DNA of 53,348 nucleotides from positions 1 through 53,348 of the IMG/VR virus record IMGVR_UViG_3300011440_000005, one strand, 5' to 3'. Shown here one piece after another: positions 1 through 9,288 of this stretch (the first letter of the stretch is position 1; each line of letters begins with the position of its first letter). A program made the translations under genes and the position numbers. A model generated the notes under the pieces. That model saw nothing but the letters and a program-made list of their open reading frames with translations. It was not told the DNA's origin and made no database searches. This DNA comes from a virus.

Positions 1-123
1 CAGGTCTGAGATGACAATGGCCGACTTCCAGTTGGTCTACCAGAACATCGACATCCCCGGGATCGGAGCTTCCTTCACGGAGGAAATGCTGGAGTTGACG
101 AAAGACCCGTTGCGGGTACTCGG
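1..123. repeat. Window-terminal direct repeat, identical to 53226-53348 (circular or terminally redundant genome; unit length 53,225 bp)
   Basis: Both ends read caggtctgagatgacaatggccgacttccag...gacccgttgcgggtactcgg; 123/123 identical by eye. Confidence 0.95.
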
Positions 124-928
124 ACAGTACGACCCGATGTGGCGGATGATCGGCGGGGTTGACCTGGCCGGTGGAGGCAAAGACTCTGGGTACTCGTGTC
201 TCACCATCATCGGCATCGACTTGAACACGGGCAGGCGTTACCTGGTTGACCAGTACGCCGAGAAGAGCATGAAAGCCCCCGACATCAAAGACCTGATGCT
301 CCGCTGGTCCGCTGAATACAACATCTACGAGTGGCGGGTCGAGTCGAACGCTTTGCAGAGTCAGATCATCCAGTACGACTTTGAGCTTGTGCGCCACCTC
401 GCTGCCCGTGGTGTGCGGGTCACCGCCCATGAGACCAGGGGCACGGGCCGCACAGGCAAATGGGACGCCCAGTTCGGGGTTGAGTCGATAGCGCCGCAGA
501 TGACCGCTGGCTTGTACAGCATCCCTTGGGGGAACGCCCCCACCGCCCAGCGCCTCCAGCCCCTCTTCGACGAGTTTATCAGCTTCCCCATGGGCATCAC
601 CTCTGACCGTGTGATGAGCTTGTGGATGGCTGAGCTTGGAGCCAGATCACTGTTCGACAGGGCGCATCTTCCCTTGTTCTCCGACAAGTTCCGTGCCCCC
701 AACAGGATCAAGCGGAAGCGTGTCCTCGTGGATTTCGCCAACCGGAAAGTGGAGCCGGTGCCCATGTACAAGCAGCGTCCCGGGATCGCCGCTGGAGGCC
801 GCTATGTGGTCGGCCCGATCATGCAGCCTGGAACGGTGCCTCGTGTCCCACAGGAGCTAGCTCAACCACCTGAGGAAGACCGGAGGCCGATGAATGTCGA
901 CCCCCGAATCTGGGCACCCCCCGCTTAG
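2..928 (+). CDS. terL: Terminase large subunit, C-terminal (nuclease) part; continuation of the ORF starting at 52246
   Basis: Frame of the 11..928 ORF is open back to base 2 and is in frame with 52246..53348 through the terminal repeat; lies directly upstream of the portal-like gene. Confidence 0.85.
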   Translation, partial: RSEMTMADFQLVYQNIDIPGIGASFTEEMLELTKDPLRVLGQYDPMWRMIGGVDLAGGGKDSGYSCLTIIGIDLNTGRRYLVDQYAEKSMKAPDIKDLMLRWSAEYNIYEWRVESNALQSQIIQYDFELVRHLAARGVRVTAHETRGTGRTGKWDAQFGVESIAPQMTAGLYSIPWGNAPTAQRLQPLFDEFISFPMGITSDRVMSLWMAELGARSLFDRAHLPLFSDKFRAPNRIKRKRVLVDFANRKVEPVPMYKQRPGIAAGGRYVVGPIMQPGTVPRVPQELAQPPEEDRRPMNVDPRIWAPPA

Positions 929-1100
929 CAACACTCTCCTGATAGGGGAGTTGCTCGGACCCGACGACGGGCCTTTCTTCGACTACGGCCTGACCTGTTT
1001 GGGGTGCGGGGCGAGGTACTCGGTGCATGCCCCCAACAACCATTACTACGAGACCGCCCACACTCAAGGCTTGCTCTGCGGCTTCTGTTGTCCAGCTTGA
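894..1100 (+). CDS. Hypothetical small Cys-rich protein (CxxC ... CGFCC)
   Basis: 68-aa ORF overlapping the terminase 3' end; third codon positions mostly G/C; GGAGG 3 nt upstream of the ATG (short spacing). Confidence 0.4.
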   Translation: MSTPESGHPPLSNTLLIGELLGPDDGPFFDYGLTCLGCGARYSVHAPNNHYYETAHTQGLLCGFCCPA

Positions 1101-1123
1101 GGACATCCCACGGGTGGTAAGTG

Positions 1124-1378
1124 ATGAAGCACCGTATTCCCCTCAATCCATCGTCTGCTGACCGTTTAAAGCAGGAGACAGAGAGGCTGGGTACCGGGGA
1201 GACCCTCTGTGGCTACATCAACGACGACGGGGAACTGATCCCCTTTGTCATGCCCGAGGAAGCCTCAGATGTTGAGGTGGCTCTTCGCACCTTTGAACTA
1301 AAGAACGGGCGTCCCATGAACACGTTGGAGTCCAGAATGCTCGATTTGGTGGTACAGGCCCGTGAAACGCAAGCCTGA
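1124..1378 (+). CDS. Hypothetical protein
   Basis: ORF 1121..1378 (GTG 1121, ATG 1124); sits between terminase and portal; 3' end overlaps the portal start. Confidence 0.55.
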   Translation: MKHRIPLNPSSADRLKQETERLGTGETLCGYINDDGELIPFVMPEEASDVEVALRTFELKNGRPMNTLESRMLDLVVQARETQA

Positions 1379-3218
1379 CCCTTTCGACATTGAGCGCCTC
1401 CCCGGTCTCTTCACTTCGTTCCGCACCCGTTTCACCGAACGGGACATGCGCCACCTCACCATTGATTCGATCCTTGAAGGTGACTTCGACGTGTACGACC
1501 CCGACGAAGAGAACGTCGGTATTCGCTCGCCCAACTACATCCAGGTCGCCTTGGAGGACACCAGTGAAGCGGCGTCCATGGTTCCCACTCTCCGGGTCAG
1601 GCCCACTGGCACCGACAAAGAGGGGGCTGCCGAACAGGAGCGGATAGGTGCAGGCTACTGGGAGGCCAACGACATTGAGCAACTCATCTCCCAGTCGATC
1701 ATGGACCTGGGGGCTTACGGGCTGGCTGCTTGGACGATCCTCCCCGACGACCACGAGAAGCCGAGAACCATTTCGATAGAGCGACGTGACCCCCGACAGT
1801 GCTATCCGGAGCCGGGTCACCGTCCAGGACAGAAGCTCCGCCGCTGCTTGTTCGCACGGGCCGTCCACTACACGACGCTGCCGGAAGAGTGGCGTCGTCA
1901 GATATGGGACTACCACCTTGAGCGTACCGGCACGGTGCCCGAGTACATGACCGCCTCGGGTCTCGACGAGAACACCATGGTTGTCATCGTCGAATACTTC
2001 GACGAATGGGAGTACATCATCGGTGCCATCTGGAAGGGTGCTGCTTCCTCCCTTCAGTATGAGGACACGGCTGGCGCTGAGCAGCTAGCCACCGAGTTGT
2101 ACCGCTGGACCCACGACCTTGAGGTTTGCCCCGTTGTGGTCGAAGGGCGGCTCACCTACGACGGTGAGTTCCGAGGGCAGTACGACCAGGCCATTGGGAT
2201 GCTGGAAGCCCACATCCGCCTCATGGGGATGGTGTTGGACTACGCCGACCAGGCCGTGTACTCGGACGTGTGGGTGCGTGACCTGATCGGGGAGATGTCC
2301 TATGGCGGCGGCTCTTATATCCAGCTTGGCCCTCAGGGTGCTATTGGTCGTGTCCCTCCCGCTGTGTCCAGCCTCAATATTCAGGAAGACCTACAGAACC
2401 TGGCGCAAGGTATCCACTTGGCTGGGCGTTGGCCGTCCACCCGTCCCGGGGAAGTAGACCAGTCGCAGGCTTCAGGGAAGTTCGTGGAAACCACGATGGG
2501 GATGATGAACACCGTCATCCGCACCTACCACAAGATTATGCGGAGACTGTTGAGTAGGGCCACCCGTATCGCTTTCACCGTCGATAAGAAACTCATCGGT
2601 GGGAAGCGCCGCACAGCGGGGATTCTCCGCAATCAGGAGTTCATGGTCGAGTACTCAAGCTCCGACATTGACCTCGACAACATCGTTCGTGTCGACTATG
2701 GCTTGGGTTTGGGTAAGACAGTCGAACAGTCCGCTGTGTTGCACCTCCAATACGGTGGTGAGAAGTACATCTCCAAAGAGTTCGTGCAGGAGAACATCGA
2801 CGGGTTGGCTGATGTGGCCCGGGAGAACTCCCGCATCGACGTGCAGGACTTCTCCGATATGGCTAAAGCGAAACTGATGATGGGTTTGGAACAGGGAACC
2901 ATCCCCGAAGAGGCTCTGATTCAAATGGCGAAAGCTCGGGAGCAGGGGCAAGACCTCTTCAAGCTCTACGACAAGTACATCGTCCAGCCGAAGAAGGCGA
3001 TGGAAGAAGAGCTAGTTCCAACAGGTCTGGGGGCACCGATGATGCCGGGTCTCCCGCCGCCGCCTCCCGGACCCCCAGGAGCGCCAGGCGCACCACCGGG
3101 ACCGGCTCCGATGCCCCCAGCACCCCCCGAGGGGGCCGACCTGCTCAGCCGCCTGAACGTCCCGGCTGGTCCGGGCGGCGTGCTTGGAAGTCAAGTCTTA
3201 AGTGAGGCGGGGCAATGA
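1362..3218 (+). CDS. Portal protein (by position and size)
   Basis: 618-aa ORF right after terminase; Pro/Gly-rich C-terminal tail; no motif-level proof. Confidence 0.65.
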   Translation: MKRKPDPFDIERLPGLFTSFRTRFTERDMRHLTIDSILEGDFDVYDPDEENVGIRSPNYIQVALEDTSEAASMVPTLRVRPTGTDKEGAAEQERIGAGYWEANDIEQLISQSIMDLGAYGLAAWTILPDDHEKPRTISIERRDPRQCYPEPGHRPGQKLRRCLFARAVHYTTLPEEWRRQIWDYHLERTGTVPEYMTASGLDENTMVVIVEYFDEWEYIIGAIWKGAASSLQYEDTAGAEQLATELYRWTHDLEVCPVVVEGRLTYDGEFRGQYDQAIGMLEAHIRLMGMVLDYADQAVYSDVWVRDLIGEMSYGGGSYIQLGPQGAIGRVPPAVSSLNIQEDLQNLAQGIHLAGRWPSTRPGEVDQSQASGKFVETTMGMMNTVIRTYHKIMRRLLSRATRIAFTVDKKLIGGKRRTAGILRNQEFMVEYSSSDIDLDNIVRVDYGLGLGKTVEQSAVLHLQYGGEKYISKEFVQENIDGLADVARENSRIDVQDFSDMAKAKLMMGLEQGTIPEEALIQMAKAREQGQDLFKLYDKYIVQPKKAMEEELVPTGLGAPMMPGLPPPPPGPPGAPGAPPGPAPMPPAPPEGADLLSRLNVPAGPGGVLGSQVLSEAGQ

Positions 3219-3313
3219 ACCCTTGCACAGAGTGCAATGCCCGCCCCCGTCGCTGTCACCGTATCCGCACCCATAGTGGAACGTTGGGCGCTCAGGTTCT
3301 GAGTGAGGGCTAA
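3215..3313 (+). pseudogene. 32-aa micro-ORF, possible remnant of an HNH endonuclease (CTECN...RRCHRIRTH)
   Basis: ATGA overlap with the portal stop and TAATG overlap with the next start. CHRIRTH matches the C-terminal motif of the HNH at 9323..9736. Its C-terminus (LGAQVLSEG) duplicates the portal C-terminus (LGSQVLSEAGQ). Confidence 0.3.
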
Positions 3314-3744
3314 TGGCGCTCTCCCCTGACCTTGAGAAGCGGGAGCTACCGGGCGGGAACACCAGTAAACCCGAGTCCGGTACCTACGGCGAGAAGGCCG
3401 CTCTAGCGAACCTGGAGTCAAGCCTTCCCATGGACGAGTCGCACGTCGAAGGGCAAGACTTGGACCCGATGCCTCGCCAGCCGGAAGGGCTGCCGGGGAT
3501 CGACGAAGCTGGTCGTCCACCCAGTGGCCCTCCTGGGCTTCCGTCTGCGCTGCTCCACCCCACGGAGTTGCCCGGGGTCGACGTCAACACTCCGCTCCAG
3601 CCTGCTCCCACCTCGGGGATGGCTTCCGCTGTGGACGACCGCCAGCGCCGTCTGCTGGTCCTCACAGACCTTGCTGAGTCACCTGACACGAGCGAGGCGA
3701 CCAGGGAGTGGGCGAAGATTCTGATTGAACTGCTCACGTCCTGA
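3313..3744 (+). CDS. Hypothetical Pro-rich acidic protein
   Basis: 143-aa ORF, start coupled to the upstream stop; its end overlaps the start of the next ORF by 1 nt. Confidence 0.55.
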   Translation: MALSPDLEKRELPGGNTSKPESGTYGEKAALANLESSLPMDESHVEGQDLDPMPRQPEGLPGIDEAGRPPSGPPGLPSALLHPTELPGVDVNTPLQPAPTSGMASAVDDRQRRLLVLTDLAESPDTSEATREWAKILIELLTS

Positions 3745-6700
3745 TGGACCCGGAAGAGCTTGGCGCAGGCATTCCGTCTGACCTTCCGATAGAGGAAGAG
3801 CCAGAGCAGGAACCAGGTTTGGTCCAGGAGGGTGGCGGGCTTCTCGACACCTTCCAGAACGAAGGGATCATGGCGGGTCTCGGCCAGACGGCTGAGATGT
3901 TCACCCCGCAGACGATCACCCAGCCTGGCACTGTCGGCCTCGACACCGTCTTCAACGACTTCGTCAACTTCTCCGTCGTTGGTGACATCTTCGACGTGCG
4001 GGCTGGCCTCGACCCGAACAGCGGTCTCGACCCTCTGGAGCGTGGACTGTCGTTGCTGCCCTTGGTCACTCCCTTGGCGGGTGGTGCCCTGGTGGCCGGT
4101 CACCTCGCCAAGGCTCGCACCGCTCGCTTGAACGCAGCACAAACCCAGACGGCTCTCCGGGGCATCGAGTCGATGGCTACCCCCGAAGGCTTCGGGCCTC
4201 TACCTGACCAGTTGCCGGACACTCCAGTAGACCAGTATGATGCACCTACACGTAGGAGGGTGGCTGCAATCCTGGAGCAGAAAGCGTTCGTCAGCGAACA
4301 AGCCTGGGCTGAGCGCTACCTGGAAGCCGACGATTTTGGCGAGTTGTCGGAACTGGTCACCTCCACTCGCAACCCTGTCGCTGAAGCTCACCTGCGCCTG
4401 ATCGGCACGAAACTGATCGAGTCCAACCCGGACCTGTACATGCAGGTCAACCCGGAGGACGGTCAGTTGTTCACGCCGGAAGAGCAGGCGCTGGTGGCAG
4501 CGAAGATGGCGATGACCCGTTATGAGGCAGCCATCCAGCAGGGCATCCTCCACGAGCTTGACGCTGCGGGCAATCTGAACGCCACGAGTTTTAGCTCCGC
4601 TAGCAAGGCATTGCGGGAAGCTCGACAGTCGGAATTTGACACCGCTTCGTGGATAGACGAGGTGGTGGCTTTGGAGCAGAAAGCAGCCAAGGTCACGGTT
4701 GGCCCCAACTGGATACCCACCCCGCAGTCCTCGACACGGTTGGTGTGGTTGGAGCGCAAGAACCCCAACGACTTCGCTGGGACCCCCCGCATGCTGCTTG
4801 GCATCGACCTGTTGCCTACGGAGCGCCTGTACAACCCGGACACTGGGGCGGTTTCGATCAAAGCTTTTCAGAAGCGTTTCAGCAGGATCGCCCCGGATGC
4901 TTTGCAGTCTGACATGGCAGCGAACCTCGCCCAGGGTTATCTGCGTGCTGACCAGATGCCGGGCAACGTCATTCAGGCTGGCTCCACTTGGTACAAGCGA
5001 GCCAACCGCACCGCCGAGGTTCTTTCCAGAGCGACAGGGTTTAAACAACAGCGTGTCACTGGTCTGATGTCGGCTCTCTCCCCTCAAACCAGATGGTCGC
5101 CTGACAATCTGATTGCCTCGATTCACCTCATCCTTCGTTACAAGTCGCAGGACTTGGACCCCTATTCGGCTGAGTACAGGGCCGTGGTCCGTGAGGCGAT
5201 AGAGGCTGGCGGGTGGGTTCACGACCTGCGTGACACAATGCGCAAAGACCAGCGGGCGATGACCGATGAGCAGATCATCGAGTTCTGGTCTGACCCCGCC
5301 AACATCATGGGCACCGGAGGCCAGGTTCGGGCCATGGAGATGAGGGACAAGCAGATCGCTGCGGCTTTGATGCTTTTCTCTGATGTGCCCTGGCAGGTGA
5401 TCCTGCGTCACACGAAGACCCACACGTTCGGTGCGCTTATGAACGACCCTTCGTTGCGAGAGTCCTCGGTCATTGACGCTCACTCGTGGCGTGCCTCTCT
5501 CGGGTCTTACCTTGTCGGTGATCCTATCTCGTCTGGCGCTACACGCAACCTCAAAGCGGGAGACACCTACGAGTTTGAGGTTTCCGGCGAGCAGATCACC
5601 GATGAGGAAATAGCGACTACTCGTGCCGAGTTGGAGCGCATCGGTGCCCCGGAACTGATTAGCCGCTACACCAATGTCCCTGGTCTCAAAGAACAGCGCC
5701 TGTATGAGGTGATAGAGGCAGCCCACCGCACCGTTCGGGACGTTTTCGCTGTGGACCAGGCCCATCAAGCGCAAGCGGTGGTCTGGACGGAACAGCAGAA
5801 ACGCTCCAAGAAGGTCGTGGACCAGATCAAAGCCATTCGTCGTCGCCTCAGGCACCAGGAGCCGGGGCCTCGGGATGCTGCGGACCTTCAGCGCCTGCTG
5901 CGTGCCCTGACTGTCGACAGCACCGTCCTCGGACACGCCGAAGGCAACCCACAACAGTTGGGCAGCTTCGTTGCTTGGACAGCGAACGCTTCGGAGAACC
6001 TCGACGTCACTCCCGGCCCTGCCGTCATGAGGACAGTAGGAACCAAGTCGCCCATCCTCGTCGAGCCTCTTGATGATGGCGTGGCCGTCTACGGCAAAGA
6101 CGACCCCGAGGTCTACGAAGCTCTTCGGCATCTTCGTCCTGCCCCTGTCGAGGCTGGCTCCGTTTACAGCCGGTTTGTTCCTCGCCGTGTCCAAGTTGTT
6201 GAAGACGTTGACCGTGTCGCCAAGCGGGTGTCCACCCAGCAAGACAACAATGGGTTGCCACTCTCCACGGAGACCCGCACCTGGATGGGTGACCCGGTGC
6301 AGTATGTGGGCACCCGGGCGGGCAACTTCATGGTGTTTGAAGTGGACCCTGCCGCTGCCCAGGAGCTTCGCTCGGAGATTCAGGGTCTTCCTTGGGCTTT
6401 CGATGTCATCGAGCAGCCGGTGTCCGTGGCCCGTGGTGGCGCAGGCCAGGGAGCCTGGGATGTCGCTGCTCTCGACGATGTCGACTGGCACGAGCCTGCC
6501 CGCAACCCCCTGACCCGTACTTCGTGGGTTGCCATGACCGCCTACAAGGGCGATTTGTCTGCTGCAGACAACTCCCGTCGCCAGGCAGAACTGCGGAAGG
6601 CTGTGAAGAGGTCGGGCGGGACTGTGGTGGAAACCGAGGGTATCTACGGTGGCGAAGTCGAGCCGTCGCTCTTCATCACAGGTCTCTCCTATTCCAAGGC

Positions 6701-8507
6701 TGTGGCTTTGGCGAAGAAGTTTGACCAGGAGAGTATCGCCACCCCCCAAGGGTTGCTCTTCTCAGATGGCACCTACGCTCCCTCTGACGGTGACCCCAGC
6801 TTCACCCCTGGTGACGGTGACCGCACCGCTTTCGCTGACGGTCGGGCTTTCTCCTGGGATTACGGCGACGACCCGTTCGACCCCCTCAACCGGGAGATGC
6901 TGCCCGAGAACCCCGATGACCTGATGGGTTTCCCGGAGCAGGGTCCAGCCACGGCTCTCGTGGTGGACCTGGGTCCGAACGGGACACCCTGGGTGGAAAC
7001 CGATCGCCTGTGGAAGCTGGCTTCCCAGCACCGTGGTACCAAGTCGTCTGCTGCTTACGTCCACGGTGCCCTGTATCAGCCTGCGGGCACTGAGGCCACC
7101 TATGAGCATTCCTACTCGGACACTGCCGGTCGGGTTACCACCATCCGCACCAGGGAGAATGTGGCTGGGGAGTCGTCCAACCAGACGAAGGTTTATATCC
7201 CTTCCCGTGAGGCTGCTGGCCTGTCCACGAAAGGCAACCGGCATGTCGCCCCTAAGCGCACCAAGAGCGAGGTGTGGCCGCTGGTGGAAACCGCCGAGAG
7301 CGGCAACGCCCTGATGATCCCCGACGAGGTGATCGTCCGTTACCCGGAGCCTCCGAAGGTGCGTCGTAACGGCACCCTTCTCACCGGTCGAGCACCTCGC
7401 ACCATTACCACAGCCTCCGTGGACTTGACTGGTCCTGTGCCGGTGATCGAGATGGGCGAGGCTGTGTTCACTGATGGCATAGCTCGCATCACTATCTCCG
7501 ACGAGAAGGTGAAGATCGACGCCACCAATCCCAACGACGCTCTGAAGGTGCATGACCTGATGAACCGCATTGGTATGGGGGTGCGTGGCAGGGCGAACAT
7601 CGGGGAACCTTCCATAGCTTTCGGGTTCAAAGAGGGGACGATGGCGACACCTGGTCGCAGGTCGATGGGTACCGTGTTCCCTGGAGACATTGAGGTGATG
7701 CCCCGGGACGCCGCTCTCAGTCAGAAAGCGGGCGTTAGCGTGACGTTGGGGCGTAATTTTAGCGACACTCAGGCCAACCTGGTCGCAGAGACCGTACAGC
7801 GCCTTCTAAGCGGTTCTTATCCTTCGGGTCGTCCGGTGCCACCTCGTACGCTGGCGCAGCTAGAACACGGCATTATGGGGGTCTCCTATGAAACGGCAGA
7901 CCTTCGGCCCAACCAGGCCACCTATGGATCGGTTCCCATCACCCGCACGAACGCCAAGGCCATCTATCTCAATGACCGTGTGGCCTACCTCGACCAGCAA
8001 CTGAAGGGTCGCCTCAGCGACATTCGCCGCCGCTTGTACCCTGACGTCCACAGAAGGATGCGTTTGGCTGGGGTGGACTGGCTGGAACACACGGTCATCC
8101 ACGAGATGGGCCACACCATCCACGCTGCCGCTGGTGCGGACGCTCTCCCCCTCGTGCGTCGTCGTGTAGAACGTGCCATCCAAGAGTTGGGCGGAGTACC
8201 TGGTGTGCGTCACCACATCTCAGCTTATGCCGTGAAAGACGGCGTGGAGATGTTCGCTGACGCCTACGCCTTGTACACGGTCAACCCGGATGGGCTGCAC
8301 CCAGCGGCCAAGTCCATGGTGGAGGATGTCCTCGATCTGGTGGAGATGATCCCCGAGGACGGGAAGTTCGACATGGCACTGGTGCCTGATGGTATCCTTG
8401 AGAAGTTTGAGATGCTTCACAAGACGGAGCATTTCCCGACCGCCCCTACACCTTTCGACTACGGAGGCGCCCCTATACCTTTCGACTACGGAGGCACCTA
8501 TGGATGA
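3744..8507 (+). CDS. Very large multidomain virion-associated protein (MuF-like position) with C-terminal HExxH zincin-type metallopeptidase motif
   Basis: 1587-aa uninterrupted ORF after the portal; HEMGH at 8100-8114 followed by ...GVEMFADAYALY; tandem PFDYGG at the C-terminus. Confidence 0.8.
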   Translation: MDPEELGAGIPSDLPIEEEPEQEPGLVQEGGGLLDTFQNEGIMAGLGQTAEMFTPQTITQPGTVGLDTVFNDFVNFSVVGDIFDVRAGLDPNSGLDPLERGLSLLPLVTPLAGGALVAGHLAKARTARLNAAQTQTALRGIESMATPEGFGPLPDQLPDTPVDQYDAPTRRRVAAILEQKAFVSEQAWAERYLEADDFGELSELVTSTRNPVAEAHLRLIGTKLIESNPDLYMQVNPEDGQLFTPEEQALVAAKMAMTRYEAAIQQGILHELDAAGNLNATSFSSASKALREARQSEFDTASWIDEVVALEQKAAKVTVGPNWIPTPQSSTRLVWLERKNPNDFAGTPRMLLGIDLLPTERLYNPDTGAVSIKAFQKRFSRIAPDALQSDMAANLAQGYLRADQMPGNVIQAGSTWYKRANRTAEVLSRATGFKQQRVTGLMSALSPQTRWSPDNLIASIHLILRYKSQDLDPYSAEYRAVVREAIEAGGWVHDLRDTMRKDQRAMTDEQIIEFWSDPANIMGTGGQVRAMEMRDKQIAAALMLFSDVPWQVILRHTKTHTFGALMNDPSLRESSVIDAHSWRASLGSYLVGDPISSGATRNLKAGDTYEFEVSGEQITDEEIATTRAELERIGAPELISRYTNVPGLKEQRLYEVIEAAHRTVRDVFAVDQAHQAQAVVWTEQQKRSKKVVDQIKAIRRRLRHQEPGPRDAADLQRLLRALTVDSTVLGHAEGNPQQLGSFVAWTANASENLDVTPGPAVMRTVGTKSPILVEPLDDGVAVYGKDDPEVYEALRHLRPAPVEAGSVYSRFVPRRVQVVEDVDRVAKRVSTQQDNNGLPLSTETRTWMGDPVQYVGTRAGNFMVFEVDPAAAQELRSEIQGLPWAFDVIEQPVSVARGGAGQGAWDVAALDDVDWHEPARNPLTRTSWVAMTAYKGDLSAADNSRRQAELRKAVKRSGGTVVETEGIYGGEVEPSLFITGLSYSKAVALAKKFDQESIATPQGLLFSDGTYAPSDGDPSFTPGDGDRTAFADGRAFSWDYGDDPFDPLNREMLPENPDDLMGFPEQGPATALVVDLGPNGTPWVETDRLWKLASQHRGTKSSAAYVHGALYQPAGTEATYEHSYSDTAGRVTTIRTRENVAGESSNQTKVYIPSREAAGLSTKGNRHVAPKRTKSEVWPLVETAESGNALMIPDEVIVRYPEPPKVRRNGTLLTGRAPRTITTASVDLTGPVPVIEMGEAVFTDGIARITISDEKVKIDATNPNDALKVHDLMNRIGMGVRGRANIGEPSIAFGFKEGTMATPGRRSMGTVFPGDIEVMPRDAALSQKAGVSVTLGRNFSDTQANLVAETVQRLLSGSYPSGRPVPPRTLAQLEHGIMGVSYETADLRPNQATYGSVPITRTNAKAIYLNDRVAYLDQQLKGRLSDIRRRLYPDVHRRMRLAGVDWLEHTVIHEMGHTIHAAAGADALPLVRRRVERAIQELGGVPGVRHHISAYAVKDGVEMFADAYALYTVNPDGLHPAAKSMVEDVLDLVEMIPEDGKFDMALVPDGILEKFEMLHKTEHFPTAPTPFDYGGAPIPFDYGGTYG

Positions 8508-8832
8508 ACTTCTCCCCCCGCTCTGCACTTTGTGCGAATACCTTGACCCGAGTGGGGCGAAGAAGTGCGTGGCGTTCCCTGAGGGGATACCGCCTGAGGT
8601 GTGGTCCAATCAGCATCCCCACTTCACCCCCTACCAGGGCGAGCGTGTTGTGTTTAAACGAGCAAGTGACGTGGAGCCGGATCAGGTGGCAGCTTGGCAA
8701 GAGTTGCATGCTGAGTTGCAGGTAGCTGGTGTGGCCCCGGGTCTTCCCCAGGAGATGCAGGACGACTTATACTCCGACGATGACGGCGAGAGTCCACCTG
8801 AAGAAGCAAGTTCGCCGCAGCCGAGTTATTGA
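8500..8832 (+). CDS. Hypothetical Cys-containing protein (CTLC ... C, AFPEGIPPEV)
   Basis: ATG at 8500 overlaps the stop of the 1587-aa ORF (ATGGATGA); 110 aa. Confidence 0.6.
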   Translation: MDELLPPLCTLCEYLDPSGAKKCVAFPEGIPPEVWSNQHPHFTPYQGERVVFKRASDVEPDQVAAWQELHAELQVAGVAPGLPQEMQDDLYSDDDGESPPEEASSPQPSY

Positions 8833-9031
8833 GCTTTACGGGTACAGGTGCTACATGTGTGGCTGCCTGCTTACTGACGAGACCATGACTCTTGACCATG
8901 TGCGACCGAGGTCGAAGGGTGGGTCCAACTCTGTCGAGAACTTGCGCCCCGCCTGTTTCTCCTGCAACCAGCGGAAGGGCAGTAGCTCCCTGGAGTGGGA
9001 CGCCATCAAGAAACTGACGTGGAGGACTTGA
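8780..9031 (+). CDS. HNH endonuclease
   Basis: YGYRCYMCGC...TLDHVRPRSKGGSNSVENLRPACFSCNQRKG is a classical HNH/ HNHc pattern; start could also be 8729. Confidence 0.8.
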   Translation: MTARVHLKKQVRRSRVIELYGYRCYMCGCLLTDETMTLDHVRPRSKGGSNSVENLRPACFSCNQRKGSSSLEWDAIKKLTWRT

Positions 9032-9038
9032 CAGAGGG

Positions 9039-9064
9039 CGAAGGGGCTGTCTACAGCCCCTTCG
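9039..9064 (+). terminator. Perfect 11-bp stem / 4-nt loop hairpin after the HNH gene (no U-tract)
   Basis: cgaaggggctg-tcta-cagccccttcg read directly. Confidence 0.4.
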
Positions 9065-9111
9065 ACTACACTCCCGGGGCAGTTAAAGAGAACTTGGATT
9101 AGGGGGCACCA

Positions 9112-9141
9112 AATTAAAGTTTCAGGCCCGAAACTTTAATT
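9112..9141. promoter_or_regulatory. AT-rich 12-bp inverted repeat (aattaaagtttc / gaaactttaatt, 6-nt spacer)
   Basis: Perfect palindrome arms in an otherwise GC-rich genome; lies in the non-coding gap. Confidence 0.4.
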
Positions 9142-9154
9142 GTCCAGGTCATGG

Positions 9155-9222
9155 GCCGCAGGCGCAGGGCGCAGGAGAGCTTCCAAACCTCTCCGGGCAG
9201 GGTTCGATACCTTGATGCGGTG
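9155..9222 (+). ncRNA. tRNA-like element: canonical anticodon-arm/variable/T-arm/acceptor geometry with a CCA (Trp) anticodon, but a truncated D-arm region
   Basis: Acceptor GCCGCA(G)/(A)TGCGGT. Anticodon stem AGAGC/CCTCT with loop TTCCAAA (anticodon 9183-9185). Variable region CCGGG. T-arm CAGGG-TTCGATA-CCTTG. Only 14 nt where about 19 are expected for positions 8-26. No encoded CCA. Confidence 0.3.
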
Positions 9223-9224
9223 CT

Positions 9225-9288
9225 GAGGGGGGCTGTCTGCGTGGTGACGACCAGGCACCCAGTCCTCTGGTTCAAGCCAGCCCCCCTC
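9225..9288 (+). ncRNA. 64-nt structured element closed by an 11-bp perfect stem (gaggggggctg / cagcccccctc)
   Basis: Stem read directly; the interior has a tggt-gacg-acca hairpin and a GGTTCAAGCC T-loop-like string, but does not fold as a tRNA. Confidence 0.35.

Noticed and set aside
4200-6749. 849-aa ORF on the minus strand, and similar long antisense ORFs (1248..1916, 3384..4142, 6762..7553, 17930..18577, 23017..24057, 51901..53226)
   Set aside because: All lie entirely antisense to long, motif-bearing + strand genes and are Arg/Gly/Pro/Ser-rich. These are typical shadow ORFs of a high-GC genome.
9263-9288. Second T-loop-like string GGTTCAAGCC followed by a C-rich acceptor-like strand (possible second tRNA)
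   Set aside because: No 5-bp T-stem can be formed around a 7-nt loop, and the whole element is only about 60-64 nt. It is treated as a generic structured element, not a tRNA.
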